Assembly: GCA_010909165.1 (NCBI GenBank)
Contig: VJWM01000193.1
Coordinates: 310,001 to 374,000, forward strand
Reading direction: 5' to 3'
DNA length: 64,000 bases
DNA from: Anthoceros angustus
Lineage: Eukaryota > Plantae > Anthocerotophyta
Shown here: positions 58,806 to 64,000 of the stretch, in pieces
Layout: every line of letters begins with the position of its first letter
How positions within the stretch are numbered: the first letter of the stretch is position 1
The notes under the pieces: generated by a model
What the model was told of the DNA's origin: nothing
The model's input: the letters and a program-made list of their open reading frames with translations, nothing else
The model's database searches: none
Position numbers and translations under genes: made by a program

Positions 58806-60394
58806 GGTTGAGAGGTGACAGGATGACCTCACTCTGCGCTCAGTTAGAAGGTGGCGTATAACTAGGTTCAGGCAGCATCTGCTGCAGAAGCCTTCATGTA
58901 CCAACATTTGTAAGTTTGGCTTCCTTCTACTGCATTAGAAGAAGCCGGGTAGGTTCGCGCAGAGCTAGATAGAAGGTGGTTCTGCAGCTGAATTGGTGAC
59001 CAGTGCACGCTGGGCTGGGTGCCCGGCTGGTTCTGAGATGGCAACAGGGCTTCTTTACCTGTTTGGCTGTGCTTTAACCTGCTGGTCGTGATTTACATGT
59101 ACGTAGGTCTTTGGGCTTGGAGATGTATTGGAAATCTTTTGTACAAAAGAGCTGAGACTTATGTTCCCAAAATGTCTCTCACCTACAGCACCTAGTGAGT
59201 CGAAGCTTTGGATCTGGGCACTCACAAAGTAGTAGTCTACCAGGGTGCAAAGACATCGATACTTAAGTAGGTACCTATTTCCTTCTGGGAATCCGGGGTT
59301 TAAGTAGCTGAACACATATGTTACAGGTAGTCTCTTCTGAGTCTTTGCAATTGCAAGATCAAACATCTCCCAAGACGGAATGGCCACTTGTGCGATGTAT
59401 GCTTCTTTCCCACACCCTTGTCTGCACGATCTCAAACCAGCGTTCGATATCGGATCGCTCATCAAACCCCTCGAATCACAGGATAAGAGGCGTCAATGAT
59501 TTCTGGTCCCAACAAGAGGAGATCGGAACCCCAAAGGTTTCTGCGTGTACGAGTTCGCAATATGGGTAAGCAACTCTACGCTGCTCACGGATACAGATTT
59601 GCGAGTGTCACCGACGGAGAGGATCGAGTGCCACTTCAGGATCGGATCGCGCGCCATCTTCGAGGTCCTAGACTCGAGGATTCTGAGAAGTCCTTGGATT
59701 GTGCATTGAAAATCTATGAAAATCAGGGTTCTGATTCTTCGCACTCGCTAGACGAATTTCCTTCATCGGACTTGGTACTTGACCACTTGTACCATGTTGA
59801 AGTTGAGGGGAGGAAGACACACCGGCTACATATCGGCCTCAATTTGAAGAAGAAAAATGAAGTGAAGCGTGAGGGGTGAGGGGAGGAAGGCACACCGGCT
59901 ACATATCGGGAAGCACGTCGTCTCCAGGGACAGCACATCGCCTTCACACGACGGATTCAAATCGGCTTCACATGATGGATGCAAATTGGCGTGACATGAC
60001 GGATGCAAATCGGCTTCACATGAGGCAGCAAGGGCCTGAAGTCGCCGACCAAAGCGTGAACCCAAAATTCCATTCGGAGCGAACCCAAAACTCAAGATAA
60101 TTTATTTCGTCTTCTTTACATACACTCTCCCTTCGCGTGGCACTCTCCCCTCACTCAGAAACTGCGCGAGCCCAGTGGTCTCCTTGCTGTGTCGGAGCTT
60201 GCTGTGGGAGCCCCTTGGACTGCTGTTCGGGCAGGATTTCGCACACTATTCGCGCGCAGGACGCGCAATCGCCCATGGGATTTCCATGCTAAACCTGATT
60301 TCAAAAGGAGCTGAGCGTCCATCAGAGGACTGCAAATAAGTGGGGGTCCATTGTTGGGATGATCCCCTGACCTCTGACATTTCCGAAGCCGACC

Positions 60395-63300
60395 ATGGGG
60401 ATCTGCTCTTCTGGCCGGCAGCCTCATGGCGGTCCTGCACCGGTGCTCGTGTGGCTGATGATCTTGCTGACTGCCGCCCTGCTGCTGCTGCAAGTCGCTG
60501 CTCGGGACATATCTGACGATGACGATTCGCCCTCGGTTCCTGGTTGCGACAATGCTTTTGTGCTGGTAGGTGCATGCATGCAGGTTCGGGGATGCATCAC
60601 CCGGTGGCTGTGCAGCAGACGCATACGTTTGGTGGTTCTTGGTTAGGTTACAGCATGCGTTGTGGTTTCGTCTAAGTGGTTGGGGCACATTGGAGATGGG
60701 AAGGCTCCAATTTGGAGTGCAAGGCTCCTTCTTTCAGTGGCTGAGTGGGAGCATGTTGTGGGATGATAGGTGAAAGTCCGGAATTGGGTTAACGGCAAAG
60801 AGGGGAACGAGTATGTGGGAGTCAGTGCAAAGTTCGGTGCCAAGATACAGAGCAAAGAAGAAGATGCTCACAGTGCACCTCTCTTCATCGCAGATCCTAG
60901 GGACTGTTGCGCAAATATCACGACCAAGGCAAGGAAGCGTTAGAACTGTACGCGCTGCCGTAGTGCTTGCCTTGGGAGTGAGAATTGACCGGTGATTTGG
61001 TCTCCAGGAAATCCCATTTGTTGTTATGGCTGAGAGGGGGGATTGTACGTTCACAAAAAAGGCTCGAATTGCACAGCAGGCTGGTGCAAGAGCTTTGTTA
61101 GTTGTTAATGACCAACAAGGTGAGGATCCTCATCGGTGTGCTGGTTATTATTGGGATGGGCACTCTTTCCTTATCACTGACAACTGGTATGTGCTCTCTG
61201 TGTGGGATGTTCACAGGGCTCTATAAGATGGTGTGTGAGGAGAATGATACCTTTGTCGATATCACCATCCCTGTGGTGATGTTGCCCAAAGATGCTGGAA
61301 CCAGTCTGGAAGCTAACGTTGTAGCAGGGAAGAGGGGTATGTGAAGATTCTGCCTCTGTAGCACACCATGCTGGAGCTTCCTTGTCTTAGTTGCGGGGGC
61401 AGTAGCTAATCCGTTTGCCCTGTGTTTCTAGTGAGAGTGCTCCTTTTCTCCCCAACTCGGCCGCTTGTGGATGTTGCGGAAGTTTTCTTGTGGCTGATGG
61501 CAGTCGGTACCATTTTGGGGGCTTCTTTCTGGTCTGCATGGAGTGCAAAAGAGGCATCAATCCAACACTACAGAAGAGTGAAGGTGTGCTGATCAGCATG
61601 TGGAATGTGATCTTGCATCAGAGAGACAATCTGCTTGATCTACCTGTCGTCCAAATATGCTTTACATGACAACCAATGAGCAGGGCTGCCCTCTTCTGAA
61701 CTTTGCTATCCTCATTTTTCATGTCTGCTGATCAGGATGTTGTCGACCCCTGTGTGGATGAAAGCCGCGAGGAGAAAAACGTGGTTGACATCAATGTTTA
61801 TTCAGCAGTGCTATTTCTCGTTCTGGCATCAGCATTTTTGGTGTTGCTCTACTTTCTCATGTCGAAGTGGTTCCTTATGATTCTGGTGGTCGTCTTCTGT
61901 ATTGGTGGAGTTGAGGTAATTTCCGCCCCTCAGTCTCTGAAAGGCTACCGATAGCAGACTTCCATCGTAGAGTTCGGTTCTCCTGCAAGGAGTTTCTAGT
62001 GCTCTATTTTCTGTCTTGACATCTAATGCGTTTAGCATGCTCTTATTGCAGGGCTTGCAAACCTGTGTGGTGTCACTTCTGTCAAGGTAAATGATCTGCT
62101 TCCATGGATTTTGGTGACTTATGGGAAGTGGGTTACGGTTTATCTATTGCTGAAATCCCTGCAAAACAGAGGTGCCTTCTGCTTTGACCTTTACAGGTGG
62201 TTTACATGTACCCATGGTTTCTTGCTTGCTCCCCCAACCCTGCAGGTTTGCGCCCAGTTTAGCTTCCATTTATGTAAACGTACCCTTAATCGGGGACATA
62301 TCAGTGCTCTCGCTTCTTGTTGCTCCTTTCTGCATCACATTCGGAGTGTTGTGGGCAGTATTTCGGCATCTCTCCTTTGCCTGGATCGCTCAGGATATTC
62401 TTGTAAGTTCTCATTTGGACGTCCTCTGTCTCACCATTTCCTGCCGGCTCCCTGTTGTCATAACTGACAAATCTTATTGCACTGTGTTTGTTCTCCAGGG
62501 CATTTCATTGATTCTGACAGTGCTCCAAATTGTGCAACTTCCTAACATCAAGGTGTGCTGTTGTAATTACTCGCCTCCATAGACACCTAGGTGTGTAGAA
62601 TAGGCAACAGCCCGTGTTCTCTGTACTGCTTTTGTAACCATGGGCTATTGGACACAGGTTTCCACAGTGCTATTGAGTTGTGCATTCTTCTACGACATTT
62701 TCTGGGTGTTCATATCACCTTATTTCTTCCACGAGAGTGTGATGATTGTGGTAAGTAAATCGCTGATGTCTGTGCCCTTCTCTTACCGCGTCTCCTGCCG
62801 GTTAGTCCGATCCAAGGATTCTCATCTAGTGCCCATGCCAGGTTGCTCGAGGTGACAGAAGCGGAGGAGATGGTATTCCGATGCTTCTCAAGGTTCCCAG
62901 ACTGTATGACCCATGGGGTGGTTACAGCATTATAGGTTTTGGAGACATTCTTTTGCCAGGCCTGCTGGTCTCCTTCTGTCTCAGGTAAGTCACCAGCTAT
63001 GAGCTTGTTGCCAGTGATCGCAGAAGAGGCTGGATCATAATCATAACCCTTGAGGTATCGCTGTTGCCATTTCGCAGGTATGACTGGGCAGCCAAGAAGA
63101 GCCTCTCGAAAGGATACTTCTTGTGGGCAATCATGGGTTACGGTTTCGGTAGGTCTCTACACCAGCCTTGCTTGCGCTCAAAGCCCACCAGCCCGAAATC
63201 CCATTTCGGCATCTGGACTAATGAGTACTGTGATCTTGGATCCTCTCCAGGCCTCTTCCTGACTTACGTGGCACTTAACCTGATGGACGGCAACGGTCAA

Positions 63301-63563
63301 CCGGCGCTTCTGTACATCGTACCTTGCACACTCGGTAACAAACGCAACACCTCCCCACTTCCTAACGCCGTGTGCATCTCCATCTGTTCCCACCTATAGC
63401 TAACCGGCATTCCACGTGTATAACGTACCCCGCAGGAACTGTGCTCTTCCTGGCCTGGAGGAGGGGGGAGATGAACCTCCTGTGGAGCCAGGACGACGAA
63501 GACGTGAAAGGGGAAGTAGAACCACCTCACACGGCAGCAGTACCCGCAGTCGGTGTATCATAG
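60395..63563 (+). CDS. SPPL: Signal peptide peptidase-like aspartyl protease with PA domain (SPPL2/4-type; multi-exon), copy B
   Basis: Signal peptide, PA domain ([18 protein letters not shown]), catalytic FFYDIFWVF and [18 protein letters not shown] motif. Confidence 0.92.
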
Positions 63564-64000
63564 TTCACCCAGCACGTCACCCACCACGAGCTGACAATCG
63601 GGTACATAGACCCTCCTCCTGTTTTCTGCGGACGGGACTCCAGTACAGCGGCCCCGTCCATTCATTTCTGGACAGGCCTGTTCCCAACTTGGCAGCAGTA
63701 GCACCGGTTATGGGTGAGAGCCTCTCTTCTCTCACCCAAAACGGACACCCTTCGTACAAATTATTGGAGGAGTCCAGAAATCCGTCCCTCCACCTAGAAA
63801 GGAGGCCCAAGGACGGATAGCACGGGCAGGCCACACGCTACTTTCGCCTTCTCCTCCTTTTATTCACTAGTTGTCGGACTGGGTTGCATCAGACTTTATT
63901 CGCAGGTGAGTGCGCTTTATTCCAGAGGAGAAAGGGACGTGGGTCTGGATATCGGCACCCTAGAGCTCCGATGTCGGAACGGAATATTATTGGGTGCTGG

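Noticed and set aside
63577-64000. Possible exon of a further gene at the window end
   Set aside because: Short ORFs without recognisable motifs; insufficient evidence.

Overview
Eukaryotic plant nuclear DNA with compact genes and ~70-350 bp introns. The PLS-class PPR with an RKWSNV E1 motif and a PGxSWW box suggests a seed-free land plant such as a hornwort, fern or lycophyte (inference). 1-20 kb is a nested retroelement pile. A Ty3/Gypsy element (1.2-kb TGTGG...CACA LTRs, tRNA-Asp-like PBS, 5-bp TSD CTTGT) sits in the integrase of a Ty1/Copia element. It is followed by three ~1.85-kb chimeric tandem units (Gypsy PBS leader + Copia fragment + Gypsy LTR), giving five LTRs. The Copia in turn interrupts a degenerate antisense TE-like ORF. 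20-29 kb holds an uninterrupted 924-codon UBC23/24(PHO2)-like E2 ORF, two degenerate partial copies of it, and a 4.7-kb Mutator-like element (~270-bp TIRs, 9-bp TSD) inserted in one of those copies. 29-45 kb is a dense gene block: PPR, GAA1, PBC1, VIT/CCC1, ELF4-like, bZIP17/28. 46-49 kb is a second MULE remnant with an RPA1-like fragment. 50.7-63.6 kb is a tandem duplication of a SEC61A-SPPL gene pair. Copy A has a conventional Sec61-alpha with a perfect ERSE and a dead SPPL carrying an inserted PPR fragment. Copy B has an intact SPPL and an intact but strongly diverged Sec61-alpha that lost the ERSE and changed plug, pore-ring and lateral-gate residues, many apparently to yeast-type residues. 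This paralog is the most interesting lead. The repeat-rich parts are full of 1-3 bp deletions that look like unpolished long-read errors, so boundaries and frameshifts there are approximate.
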